NCBI GenBank assembly: GCA_016932785.1 | Contig: JAFGCJ010000002.1 | Span: 13,983 to 77,982, forward strand | Length of the DNA stretch: 64,000 bases | Direction: 5' to 3' | DNA from: Candidatus Dojkabacteria bacterium | GTDB taxonomy: Bacteria > Patescibacteriota > Dojkabacteria > SC72 > JAFGCJ01 | In this document: positions 22,122 through 30,518 of the stretch, in pieces | How positions within the stretch are numbered: the stretch's first letter is position 1 | How the letters are laid out: each line of letters begins with the position of its first letter | Program-made: the position numbers and the translations under genes | Notes under the pieces: generated by a model | What the model saw: only the letters and a program-made list of their open reading frames with translations | Told to the model about the DNA's origin: nothing | Database searches by the model: none

Positions 22122-22585
22122 GCTAACTCGGATGTTTCGATTTTTATAATTTTAAATTTTTTACTGTTGACTTCAATTATATCTCCTATTTTCTTCTTGT
22201 TAATTTTCTTTCCAAGCGTCGAGTCTATTGAGAGCATTCTCTCCTGAGTAGTATTAATTTTGCTGCCTAGTATTTCGGTATCCGTTTCAGAACAAATATG
22301 TAGTATTAATGATGTTTCCTGATCGGTTTGGAGCGTAACTTTATGTCCTACATGGACACTTTTGTTGTCCTGAGGTTTTGAAAGTGGTTGGCTGGTGGCA
22401 TAGGTTTCCCTGAGTTCATCCAGAGTAATCTGTTTTGCTTCCTTCAGCTGTTTATTTGGATTATGCCAGTTATCTCCTCCGGTTTTGCTTTCGATTTCTC
22501 GAATTAGCTCTTCCTGGAACTCATTCTCCATGAGTTTTATTCTCTTCGAGATTTCTTCTATTGTAGAGTGAAATAGTTTACTCAT
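22118..22585 (-). CDS. greA: Transcription elongation factor GreA
   Basis: N-terminal coiled-coil plus C-terminal FKBP-like domain (VHVGHKVTL...ILGSKINTTQERMLSIDSTLGKKINKKKIGDIIEV). ATGA overlap with mnmA. Confidence 0.7.
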   Translation of the reverse strand: MSKLFHSTIEEISKRIKLMENEFQEELIREIESKTGGDNWHNPNKQLKEAKQITLDELRETYATSQPLSKPQDNKSVHVGHKVTLQTDQETSLILHICSETDTEILGSKINTTQERMLSIDSTLGKKINKKKIGDIIEVNSKKFKIIKIETSELA

Positions 22586-22830
22586 AATATATTTGGTAAA
22601 ACGTTAGATAAATGAGACTCGCTGAGCCTTTTCTGTAAGTTCCTGATTCTTGACTGGAATAGTATGGGCATTGGGGGGCCTGCTTTTCAATTAACTCTAT
22701 GGTCATATTGAAAAGTTTAGCCATAATGGGGCTGATTCTATCACACGTCGATTATGTATAACAAGGGGTCTTTCTAAGGTAGCCTTGGAAATCTCTTGAT
22801 AGAAAATTTCAGGTCAGCTATATTCATATT

Positions 22831-23403
22831 ATGTTATTTAACTGGAATCGACTTAAAAAAATAGTTCCGTTAATTGTTCTTGTTGTCGTTGTAACTGCAG
22901 GTTTTGCGTACTGGGAAAAGATTAGCGGAACTTTTAACTTTTTAAAGAATCCGTTTGAATTTTCTCGGAATGACAATAATGAGAAGGATTCTTCGGATGA
23001 TAATAAGAAAAAAGATGACAACGACTCTCTGCAGGTTGAGGTAGTGACTGATACTGATAGACTGGTTGTCAAAGTTGAGGAGGCGAGAACACCTGAGGAA
23101 CTTGGTCAGGGCCTGATGTACCGGGAGAACCTTTGTGAAAACTGCGGTATGGTTTTCTATTTCAAAACTGACAGAACTGGCGGTTTCTGGATGAAAAATT
23201 GTGAAATTCCTTTGGATATTATCTTCATTGATTCTGCTGGTGAGATTGTTGATATCAAACGGGATTTTGAGCCGTGTAATGAGGAAATTTGTCCGAGTTA
23301 TACCCCGATGAAGGTATACCGTTATGCACTGGAGGTTAATGCTGGATGGTGTGAGAAAAATGATGTCGAGGTTGGCGATAAGGTTGAGGGATTAGATCCT
23401 TAG
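22831..23403 (+). CDS. DUF192-domain protein with N-terminal membrane anchor
   Basis: GQGLMYRENLCENCGMVFYF...GGFWMKNCEIPLDIIFIDSAGEIV...YALEVNAGW matches DUF192 (GLM / FWMKN / LDIIF). Confidence 0.6.
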   Translation: MLFNWNRLKKIVPLIVLVVVVTAGFAYWEKISGTFNFLKNPFEFSRNDNNEKDSSDDNKKKDDNDSLQVEVVTDTDRLVVKVEEARTPEELGQGLMYRENLCENCGMVFYFKTDRTGGFWMKNCEIPLDIIFIDSAGEIVDIKRDFEPCNEEICPSYTPMKVYRYALEVNAGWCEKNDVEVGDKVEGLDP

Positions 23404-23545
23404 TGTTTCGTTTTAGTGAGTAATGCAGATTTTAATGAAGATTTCTTGTTTTAATAGTTTATCTGTTTTTTGCCCGTGTGCCGTTGCCATAAAAGCCTCT
23501 GGTTAATATAATTAATTAGAAGTTAAATTTAATCTTTCATTTTTA

Positions 23546-24403
23546 ATGAAATTTCCTAATGTTCTTGACGGTCTGAATCGTGTTCTCAGACTTTGGCCGG
23601 TTGCTCTTGCAGTGATTGTTTTCTTAGTGATTCTTAACTCCACAGTGTTTACAGTCAAATATGGAACTGTCGGTGTGGTTACCAGATTCGATCGGGTCAC
23701 CGGAGATGTTGTAAAGCCAGGCTTGCACGTGAAGATCCCTTTTGTCGACCGTGTAGTCCTCTATAGAACTCAGAAGGTGATATACGAGACATTGGAGCAA
23801 GGATCAACCTCGAATGCAGACTACACTGACTATCCGGTGGACACGACCACGAGTGACGGCCAGCAGGTTTCTATTAGATATACTGTCCGTTTTTCCGTTA
23901 ATCCTAAGAAGGCAACATTTGTAGCAAACAACCTTGGAACGGAATCAGAAGTTGTTGAGAAAATTGTTAAAACCGACTCAAGAATTCACGCGAGAAGTAT
24001 ACCGAGAAAGTACAAGGCAATAGATCTTTACTCAGGGAACGTGGAGGTAGTCCAGGAAGAAATTGAGGAAATTCTTAGGCCGTTGTTTGAGGAGAACGGC
24101 TTAATTCTTGATGAATTTGGAATTCGAAGTATTAATTTCCAGGATGAATATGTTACAGCCGTTGAGGAAAAACAGATCGAGAGTGAACGGGTAAAGACAG
24201 AGGAATACAGAGCGCAGCAGGAGGAGTACAAGAAACAGGCAAAAATAACTCGTGCTGAGGGTGATGCCGAGGCTCAGCGCTTGGTGCAGTCTACTTTGAC
24301 TGATGCAATGTTGAAGAAGTTGTATATTGATAAGTGGGATGGTATTTTGCCTGGTGTTGTGGCTGGGGATAAGGGTGTGATTTTGGATCTGGGATCGCTT
24401 TAG
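23546..24403 (+). CDS. SPFH/band-7 (prohibitin/HflKC-like) membrane protein
   Basis: N-terminal TM followed by an SPFH core (VFTVKYGTVGVVTRFDRVTGDVVKPGLHVKIPFVDRVVLY). C-terminal coiled-coil with E/Q/K-rich segment. Confidence 0.7.
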   Translation: MKFPNVLDGLNRVLRLWPVALAVIVFLVILNSTVFTVKYGTVGVVTRFDRVTGDVVKPGLHVKIPFVDRVVLYRTQKVIYETLEQGSTSNADYTDYPVDTTTSDGQQVSIRYTVRFSVNPKKATFVANNLGTESEVVEKIVKTDSRIHARSIPRKYKAIDLYSGNVEVVQEEIEEILRPLFEENGLILDEFGIRSINFQDEYVTAVEEKQIESERVKTEEYRAQQEEYKKQAKITRAEGDAEAQRLVQSTLTDAMLKKLYIDKWDGILPGVVAGDKGVILDLGSL

Positions 24404-24413
24404 GCTTATAGTT

Positions 24414-24543
24414 GGGGGTCTGACCCCCGTCAGGTTTGACCCCGTTCTATAACGGTTACGGTCTATTTTTTAATGAAAATTTTGTTAAAACCCCAAGGTT
24501 AAAGTGTTTTCTTTGGGGACAGACCCAACGCGGGTCAGACCCC
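24414..24543. repeat. 130 bp MITE-like element, copy 1, with 13 bp terminal inverted repeats (GGGGTCTGACCCC / GGGGTCAGACCCC)
   Basis: Begins GGGGTCTGACCCCCGTCAGGTTTGACCCCGTT and ends GGGGACAGACCCAACGCGGGTCAGACCCC. Each end carries two tandem ~12 bp GGGTCNGACCCC-type motifs. AT-rich core. Lies between convergent genes and abuts the stop codon of the CDS at 24543. Confidence 0.6.
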
Positions 24544-25166
24544 TAGATCTGGTTCATCAATGCATTGACCTTAGCACCCCAGGCATCTGGAGTTACCGGA
24601 TTATAAGTAGGTGCTATTGCATAAGGATTGCTTGTACCATATCCATACCGCAAACCATATCCAACCGTGTATATAGCCTCATTGAAACTGTTGAATCCCC
24701 TTTGACCCCATCCGAAAGGATTGTATGAACGGAAACAATGGATTCCACCTGAAGATTCAACTATAGAAATTGCAGGTAACAAACGGTAGTCAAGTCCGAA
24801 TAAGTCAGAGACTTCAACTATGTAGTAAGCATTGGCGGCCATAGGCGAATTCCATCTGGCGTAGAAATTTCTGACTCTCTGAGCCTTGGCTTCTCTATCA
24901 GCAATTTGTTTTAGCTCGATTCCATGATTTTTTGCAAGATCGGCTTGTTTATTAAGGTGCGCAACTGAGATTTGCTCCTGATTTTCAGTATAGGGAGTAT
25001 TAATTTTACCTCTTCCAATATCTGTAGAAAATGAGGCATGTGCCTGTTGGATTGAGCTGTAGCTTGAGAGAACTCTTGACCAGAGGAGAATAAATAATAC
25101 GCTGCCAAGCAGAATCTTTTTTGTAATGTCGATTAGCTTCGTAACGTTTTTCTTTTTGGATATCAT
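24543..25166 (-). CDS. Membrane-anchored lysozyme-like putative peptidoglycan hydrolase, paralog B
   Basis: C-terminal block NSPMAANAYYIVEVSDLFGLDYRLLPAISIVESSGG...YNPFGWGQRG is homologous to the CDS at 7232-7957. N-terminal TM. Confidence 0.45.
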   Translation of the reverse strand: MISKKKNVTKLIDITKKILLGSVLFILLWSRVLSSYSSIQQAHASFSTDIGRGKINTPYTENQEQISVAHLNKQADLAKNHGIELKQIADREAKAQRVRNFYARWNSPMAANAYYIVEVSDLFGLDYRLLPAISIVESSGGIHCFRSYNPFGWGQRGFNSFNEAIYTVGYGLRYGYGTSNPYAIAPTYNPVTPDAWGAKVNALMNQI

Positions 25167-25336
25167 TCATGATATCATCAATATTATTCCGGTTGATGCT
25201 GGGTTTCGTTGTTTCATTGAGTGTCCCAGCGGTCTTCCGGTAAAGTTGCCCGTTTTTGGCAACTTTGGTCATTTTGTCATTATCGAAGCAGAATTATATA
25301 TGTTATGGGATATAAATTCAAGACTAAGAAAAGACT

Positions 25337-25987
25337 ATGATAGGGGCAATAAAAGACTATTTAATCGAGATTATTGACGCAATAGGCTATTTGGGGGTAT
25401 TCATTACTATGACCTTAAGTTCATGCTTAATACCAATACCTTCAGAGGTAGTTTTACCTTTAACAGGGGCACTTTCATATGAGGGGAAAATGAATGTGCA
25501 TCTTGCGGTTTGGGTTGCTACTGCGGGAAATATGGTGGGTTCGCTTATTGCATATTGGATTGGCATTAAAATAAATGAAAAGAAGCTGGTTGAATTAATA
25601 AACAGGTGGGGGAAGTTTATTCTGGTAAGTGAGCATGAATATAATATTGCAAGAAAATGGGTAAAGAAATATGGGAATGGAGTGTCTTTCTTTGGGCGTC
25701 TTATTCCTGGAATCAGGACGATTGTCTCTCTCCCTGCCGGAGTTGTAGGTGTAAAGCTTGTCCCTTTTGTGCTCTACTCTTTTGCGGGTTCTGTTGTGTG
25801 GAACTACATTTTGGCATTTTTGGGATATAAATTCGGCGAAAAATGGGAGGATTTGGAAGTTTATTTTGAGAAGTTCGATATTGCAATACTGGTGTTAATG
25901 GTGCTAGCTGTTGGTTTTTATGTTTATAAGAAAATATCTGGTAGGAGTGCAAAGAATGCTACAAAGAGGGCTAGGAAAGAAGCCTAG
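25337..25987 (+). CDS. DedA/SNARE-associated (VTT domain) membrane protein
   Basis: YLGVFITMTLSSCLIPIPSEVVLPLTGAL...GRLIPGIRTIVSLPAG is the DedA family signature. Confidence 0.7.
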   Translation: MIGAIKDYLIEIIDAIGYLGVFITMTLSSCLIPIPSEVVLPLTGALSYEGKMNVHLAVWVATAGNMVGSLIAYWIGIKINEKKLVELINRWGKFILVSEHEYNIARKWVKKYGNGVSFFGRLIPGIRTIVSLPAGVVGVKLVPFVLYSFAGSVVWNYILAFLGYKFGEKWEDLEVYFEKFDIAILVLMVLAVGFYVYKKISGRSAKNATKRARKEA

Positions 25988-27525
25988 CGAATAAGGCTTT
26001 TTCCTGTGATTTGCTCTGGTTTATTAATGCCCATAATGTCCAATATTGTTGGCGTGACGTCAGATAAAGCACCACTTTCGAGCATTTCTCTTGTGGTAAT
26101 TCTTTTGGGGGTGGCGAGTATGAATGGGACTGGATTGATTGAGTGTTCGGTATCAGTCTCTCCGGTTTTCAGGTTTGTCATTTCCTCAATATTTCCGTGA
26201 TCCGCTGTTATTATGGCTGTTCCTCCGAGTGAGTGGGTCGCTTTGACGATGTGTTGGACACTTTTGTCTACAGTCTGCATTGCCTTTAAGCCGGCATCGA
26301 AGACTCCCGTATGTCCTACCATATCGCCGTTTGCTAGATTTACAAGAATGAAGTTGTAGATTCTAAGTGAAATCTTCTCAAGGAGAATTCTTGTTACCTC
26401 GGGTAAGCTCATTTCTGGCTTGAGATCGTAGGTTGCAACGTCCGGTGATGGAACTTCGACCCTATCTTCAGCTTGGAATTTGATCGATCTTCCTCCATTG
26501 AAGAAGTACGTGACATGGGGAAATTTCTCTGACTCTGCTATTCTTAATTGTCTTCTTCCATCTTCAGCGATGATTCTGCCAAGAGGAAGACTAATATTCT
26601 CTTTTGGAAATGCTATGTGTTGTGGGATTCCCTTAGCATATTGAGTCATTCCGACAAAAAAGAGGTTTTGTGGTACCTTTTCTCTTTTAAAATAGGTAAA
26701 TTCTGGTGCTATGAAGGCATAAGTTAGTTCTACGGCCCTATCTGATCTAAAGTTGAGGAAGACGAACGCATCGTTGTTTTCAATTGTAATAGGTGTTGAA
26801 GTGCTAGTTATTTGGGTTGGCTGGATAAATTCGTCGGTCTCGCCTCTTTGGTAGGCCTGGTCCAGAGCTTCTTGCCAGGTATTTGCCTCGAGTCCCTTGC
26901 CTTCTGTGAAAAGGTCGTAGGCTTTCTGAATTCTTTCCCAAACCTGGTTTCTATCCATACCGTAGTATCTTCCCCCGATAGTTCCAATTGTGCCGATTTT
27001 GTATTTTTTGAGGAATTCTTGTGTTCTTTTTAGATAAGTAGCGGCGGATTTTGGTGGCGTGTCTCGGCCGTCAGTAAATGCGTGAACGATTACGGGCTGC
27101 TGAAAGTTGTGAAGTGATAGGGTTTTTATGAAGGCCTCCAAGTGGTTGATTGAGCCGTGTACTTCCCCGTCACTGAGGCAAACTGCGACGTGAAGTTTAC
27201 TTTTGTTTTCGTTGGCGTGGTTTATTGCTTCGAGAAATTCCTGATTCTGGAAAAATTGTCCTTTCTGGATCGAGCGGTTGATTCTCGGAAGGTCTTGGTA
27301 GACGACTCTTCCGCTTCCAAGGTTCATGTGGCCGACTTCGCTATTTCCTTTTACTCCGGGGGGAAGTCCGACATATTCTTCAGATGCCTGGAGATATGTG
27401 TGAGGGTAGCTGCTCCAAGCTTTTTCAAGAAATGGTGTAGGAGCTTTGGTTACAGCGTTGCCGGTTGTGTTTGGGGCTATTCCTACTCCGTCGAGTATCA
27501 GTAGTACAACGAGGGTGTTTTCCAT
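25984..27525 (-). CDS. gpmI: 2,3-bisphosphoglycerate-independent phosphoglycerate mutase (iPGM)
   Basis: N-terminal LILDGVGIAP...GNSEVGHMNLGSGRVVYQDL. C-terminal ADHGN metal-binding block. 513 aa. Confidence 0.85.
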   Translation of the reverse strand: MENTLVVLLILDGVGIAPNTTGNAVTKAPTPFLEKAWSSYPHTYLQASEEYVGLPPGVKGNSEVGHMNLGSGRVVYQDLPRINRSIQKGQFFQNQEFLEAINHANENKSKLHVAVCLSDGEVHGSINHLEAFIKTLSLHNFQQPVIVHAFTDGRDTPPKSAATYLKRTQEFLKKYKIGTIGTIGGRYYGMDRNQVWERIQKAYDLFTEGKGLEANTWQEALDQAYQRGETDEFIQPTQITSTSTPITIENNDAFVFLNFRSDRAVELTYAFIAPEFTYFKREKVPQNLFFVGMTQYAKGIPQHIAFPKENISLPLGRIIAEDGRRQLRIAESEKFPHVTYFFNGGRSIKFQAEDRVEVPSPDVATYDLKPEMSLPEVTRILLEKISLRIYNFILVNLANGDMVGHTGVFDAGLKAMQTVDKSVQHIVKATHSLGGTAIITADHGNIEEMTNLKTGETDTEHSINPVPFILATPKRITTREMLESGALSDVTPTILDIMGINKPEQITGKSLIR

Positions 27526-27548
27526 GTTTATATATTAGCATAAGATTT

Positions 27549-27678
27549 GGGGTTTGACCCCCGTTGGGTTTGACCCCGTTTTATAAAGCAGAGGAAACGT
27601 TTTATAATGAATTTTTTGTTAATTCGTTGGAATAAAGGGATTTCTGTTGGGGACAGACCTAGCCGGGGTCAGACCCCC
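27549..27678. repeat. 130 bp MITE-like element, copy 2, same family as 24414-24543
   Basis: GGGGTTTGACCCCCGTTGGGTTTGACCCCGTT ... GGGGACAGACCTAGCCGGGGTCAGACCCCC. The ends are near-identical to copy 1, the core has diverged, and the length is the same. Sits upstream of gpmI. Confidence 0.6.
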
Positions 27679-27720
27679 AACTATAGGACTTGCTTATAGC
27701 CTTAACTCCCCCCGAGTTAC

Positions 27721-28476
27721 TTACTTCTTCAAAAAAGACAGGATTTTTGTGAAATCCCTTATAACAAAATCTGCGCTGTTTACATAGCTATCATTCAATC
27801 CCTCAGTCAAAACCCCAACACAAAGAATTCCTGCGGATTTTGCAGATGCTATGCCATTTCGCGAGTCTTCAAAAACAACTGCCTCCTGTTTATCTACCCC
27901 AACTCTTTCTACAGCAATATTATATATTTGCGGACTAGGTTTTCCTTCTGATACGTCTTCGGCCGTCAAGGTAAAATCGAACAGCTTTTCAAGATCAAAG
28001 TGTTTCAATATAAGAGTCGCAAATTCTCTTACCGACGATGTTGCCAGACATGTCGGGTAGCACCTGTTTTTAAGAAAATGCAATAGATCTGGGACGCCAT
28101 CTTTAAGTTTTATAACCTCATCGGGGTGATTTTCCAGGTTATACCGTTTGCCTTTTCTAAAGTCGGAAATTAGCTCGTCTACGTCGTATTCGCTGACTTT
28201 TCTGTCTGCTAAGACTCCATCAAAGCCCTCTTTTGTTCTTTTACCGGAGAAAAACCTTTGGTAATCATCATTACTTAGGTCAATGTTGAAGAATTTTTTT
28301 AGAGTGTCAGCGTAGCCTCGATAGTTTAGTTGTTCTAGATCAACAATTGTTCCATCCATATCGAATATGAATGCTTTTTTGCGTCGAATTTCTTCTTTAA
28401 TTCCTTCAGGAATTTCTTCATTAATATCTGCCATATTTTTTTCTGTTGGAGGTTTTCTTGTCATAAACTTAGTCAT
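27721..28476 (-). CDS. HAD-superfamily IA hydrolase (beta-phosphoglucomutase/phosphatase-like)
   Basis: Motif I FIFDMDGTIVD. Motif IV VVFEDSRNGIASAKSAG. Confidence 0.6.
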   Translation of the reverse strand: MTKFMTRKPPTEKNMADINEEIPEGIKEEIRRKKAFIFDMDGTIVDLEQLNYRGYADTLKKFFNIDLSNDDYQRFFSGKRTKEGFDGVLADRKVSEYDVDELISDFRKGKRYNLENHPDEVIKLKDGVPDLLHFLKNRCYPTCLATSSVREFATLILKHFDLEKLFDFTLTAEDVSEGKPSPQIYNIAVERVGVDKQEAVVFEDSRNGIASAKSAGILCVGVLTEGLNDSYVNSADFVIRDFTKILSFLKK

Positions 28477-28540
28477 TGTAGCAGAAAAGGCTGTGAGTTC
28501 CCAAATATAGGGTTTTATTCATTGACTACTTACCTGTTAT

Positions 28541-29227
28541 GTGTTATTTTTACCCGCGATGGATACGAATTTCATGAAGAAAGTTGAACAGGATACTGTT
28601 AAAAGAAATCTGGATGTGAGGCCTGGCGATACAGTCAAGGTTCATATTCTTATTAAAGAGGCCGGTAAGGAGAGAGAGCAGATCTTTGAAGGTGTTGTTC
28701 TGTCTGTTAGCGGTTCCGGTGCGCGTAAGACTTTTACGGTGAGGAAAATTAGTCACGGTGTAGGTGTAGAGAAGATTTTTCCCGTTAATTCTCCTTTGAT
28801 AAAGAAGATTGATGTTATGGAAAGGGGTAATGCACGGCGATCCAAGCTTTACTATATGAGAAAGAGGATTGGTAAGAGATCTTTGGATGTAAATCTTAAA
28901 GAGGGTTTTGAAGCTATTATTGAAGAGGAAGAAGTTGAGGAAAAACCGGAGAAGAAAGACGAAGAGCCTGCAGAAGAAAAGGTCGAGAAGAAGGCAGAAG
29001 AACCGGCCGAGGAAAAGGTTGAGAAGAAGACTCCCGCAGCCGAGGAAAAAGTTCCTGAAGCAGAAGAAAAATCCGGTGATGCTAAAGAGAAGAAGGCTCC
29101 TGCAAAAGCCAAAGCAGAACCTGAGAAAAAAGACGAGAAAAAAGAACCCAAGGATAACAAGAAATCCGCTGAGAAAGGATCTGAAAAGGCCCCTAAAAAA
29201 GACCCCCCAAAAGAAGCCAAAAAGTAA
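28541..29227 (+). CDS. rplS: 50S ribosomal protein L19 with ~110 aa K/E-rich C-terminal extension
   Basis: L19 core VRPGDTVKVHILIKEAGKEREQIFEGVVLSV...TFTVRKISHGVGVEKIFPVNSPLIKKIDVMERGNARRSKLYYMRKR. The tail contains EEPAEEKVEKKA twice (tandem 30 nt DNA repeat) and further KE/AP repeats. The true start is probably an internal Met near 28559-28574. Confidence 0.75.
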   Translation: MLFLPAMDTNFMKKVEQDTVKRNLDVRPGDTVKVHILIKEAGKEREQIFEGVVLSVSGSGARKTFTVRKISHGVGVEKIFPVNSPLIKKIDVMERGNARRSKLYYMRKRIGKRSLDVNLKEGFEAIIEEEEVEEKPEKKDEEPAEEKVEKKAEEPAEEKVEKKTPAAEEKVPEAEEKSGDAKEKKAPAKAKAEPEKKDEKKEPKDNKKSAEKGSEKAPKKDPPKEAKK

Positions 29228-29323
29228 TCTCCTACCCCGTTTGGCTATTTTTCAATCATTTATGTATCATTAGTTCGTGCCTAAAAAATTCATGTTTTAT
29301 TTTTCATAAAAAAATTAGCAGCC

Positions 29324-29989
29324 ATGACTCCTAAAGACTCAACAGCCAGGTTCAGCAATTTCTCCCTAGAATATGAATATCTAAGCAGTGGTTGTAAATA
29401 CGTTGCAGGTATGGATGAAGTTGGACGGGGGTGTCTGGCAGGACCTGTTGTTGCCGCTGTTGCGGTTATTTCAAAAGAGGATCAGTATATTCCAGGAGTT
29501 TGGGACAGCAAAACCATGACCGCAAAGAGACGGGAGGATGTTTACGATCAGCTTCTGGATACCGTAGATGCCTATGGAATTGGTGAGGCATCCTGTGCTG
29601 AAATTGATGAATTAGGAATTGGTCCGGCATCGTCTCTTGCTATGCAGCGTGCCTACGATGTTCTTGATATTAAGCCGGATATTGTACTTATCGATGGTGA
29701 AAAAGTACAGGCTCCGAATTTGCACAGTCGGCATCTTAAGCAGGGTGACCGCAAGCATTTCATTATTTCCGTGTCATCTGTCATAGCTAAGGTCTATCGT
29801 GACCGAATGATGATCAAACTAAGTAAACAGTATAGTGGTTATGGTTTTGAGAAGAACGTTGGGTACGGGACGAAGGAGCATCGGTTGGCCCTGGAGTCGC
29901 AGGGAGTTTGTGAAATACATAGGAAAACGTTTTCCCCCGTGAAGGATATTATTTCTAAGGGGAAATTTTATGAGAAAGGTTCGGGATAG
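29324..29989 (+). CDS. rnhB: Ribonuclease HII
   Basis: VAGMDEVGRGCLAGPVVAAVAVI (DEVGRG catalytic motif). 221 aa. Confidence 0.8.
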   Translation: MTPKDSTARFSNFSLEYEYLSSGCKYVAGMDEVGRGCLAGPVVAAVAVISKEDQYIPGVWDSKTMTAKRREDVYDQLLDTVDAYGIGEASCAEIDELGIGPASSLAMQRAYDVLDIKPDIVLIDGEKVQAPNLHSRHLKQGDRKHFIISVSSVIAKVYRDRMMIKLSKQYSGYGFEKNVGYGTKEHRLALESQGVCEIHRKTFSPVKDIISKGKFYEKGSG

Positions 29990-30377
29990 CAGTTTGTGGG
30001 GTGTCGGTCTGCGGCCAGATAGGAAAACTCTCGGTAAAATGTCGGAATCGCTTGTCGCTGAAAGACTGGAGGCTAAAGGGTTCAAGGTCGTTGCTCGAAA
30101 CTATTCCTGCAGATTCGGAGAAATTGATATTGTAGCAGTAAAGGATGGTGTTATCTGGTTTGTTGAGGTAAGGTCGAGATGGATTGGTGCCGGAGGCAAC
30201 TTGGCAGTGAAGGCCGTTGAGACCGTAGGGGCGTTGAAGTTGCAAAGAATATTGAAAACAAGTGATTTTTTTATACAGGAGCGAGGTTTAAGCAATATAG
30301 ATAGAAATGTTTTAGTTGTTGAGGTAAACTGGTATAATCGCAGTCGCGTTAGAGTGAGAATGATACCGGTTTACTGA
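29970..30377 (+). CDS. YraN-family (UPF0102) PD-(D/E)xK endonuclease-like protein
   Basis: GEIDIVAVKDGVIWFVEVRSR matches the YraN core. The likely real start is the Met at about 30033 (MSESLVAERL). Confidence 0.6.
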   Translation: MRKVRDSSLWGVGLRPDRKTLGKMSESLVAERLEAKGFKVVARNYSCRFGEIDIVAVKDGVIWFVEVRSRWIGAGGNLAVKAVETVGALKLQRILKTSDFFIQERGLSNIDRNVLVVEVNWYNRSRVRVRMIPVY

Positions 30378-30407
30378 GGTTCTTTTGATTTATTGATGTT
30401 TTGATGA

Positions 30408-30483
30408 GGGGCGCTAGCTCATCCGGTAGAGCAACTGGCTTTTAACCAGTAGGTGCGGGGTTCGAGTCCCCGGCGCCTCACCA
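30408..30483 (+). tRNA. tRNA-Lys (anticodon UUU)
   Basis: Manual fold: acceptor GGGGCGC/GCGCCTC, D arm GCTC-ATCCGGTA-GAGC, anticodon stem ACTGG/CCAGT with loop CTTTTAA (anticodon TTT), T arm CGGGG-TTCGAGT-CCCCG, discriminator A, encoded CCA. Coordinates are +/-1 nt. Confidence 0.85.
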
Positions 30484-30518
30484 CTTTTTATCGAGTTTTT
30501 TGGATTTTTCTGCTGTTA

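Noticed and set aside
22586-22830. 245 bp intergenic region upstream of greA, considered as a possible structured RNA (SRP/6S/RNase P)
   Set aside because: It has none of the conserved signature motifs of those RNAs, for example no GGAAGCAGCCAAGG or GNRA-helix patterns. It is most likely the shared promoter region for greA-mnmA and the divergent DUF192 gene.
24414-27678. Possibility that the GGGGTCTGACCCC repeats are a CRISPR array
   Set aside because: There are only two copies, 3 kb apart, each a 130 bp element with inverted termini rather than short direct repeats with regular spacers. No cas genes are present.
28852-29273. ORFs on both strands within the rplS tail (28852-29220 minus; 28908-29273 plus)
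   Set aside because: They are artefacts of the purine-rich low-complexity repeat that encodes the K/E tail. The L19 reading frame is continuous and explains the region.
30453-30518. GTG start for the DUF4365 protein as given in the ORF track
   Set aside because: It would place 30 nt of coding sequence inside the tRNA-Lys T-arm/acceptor. The conserved domain begins after the Met at about 30519.
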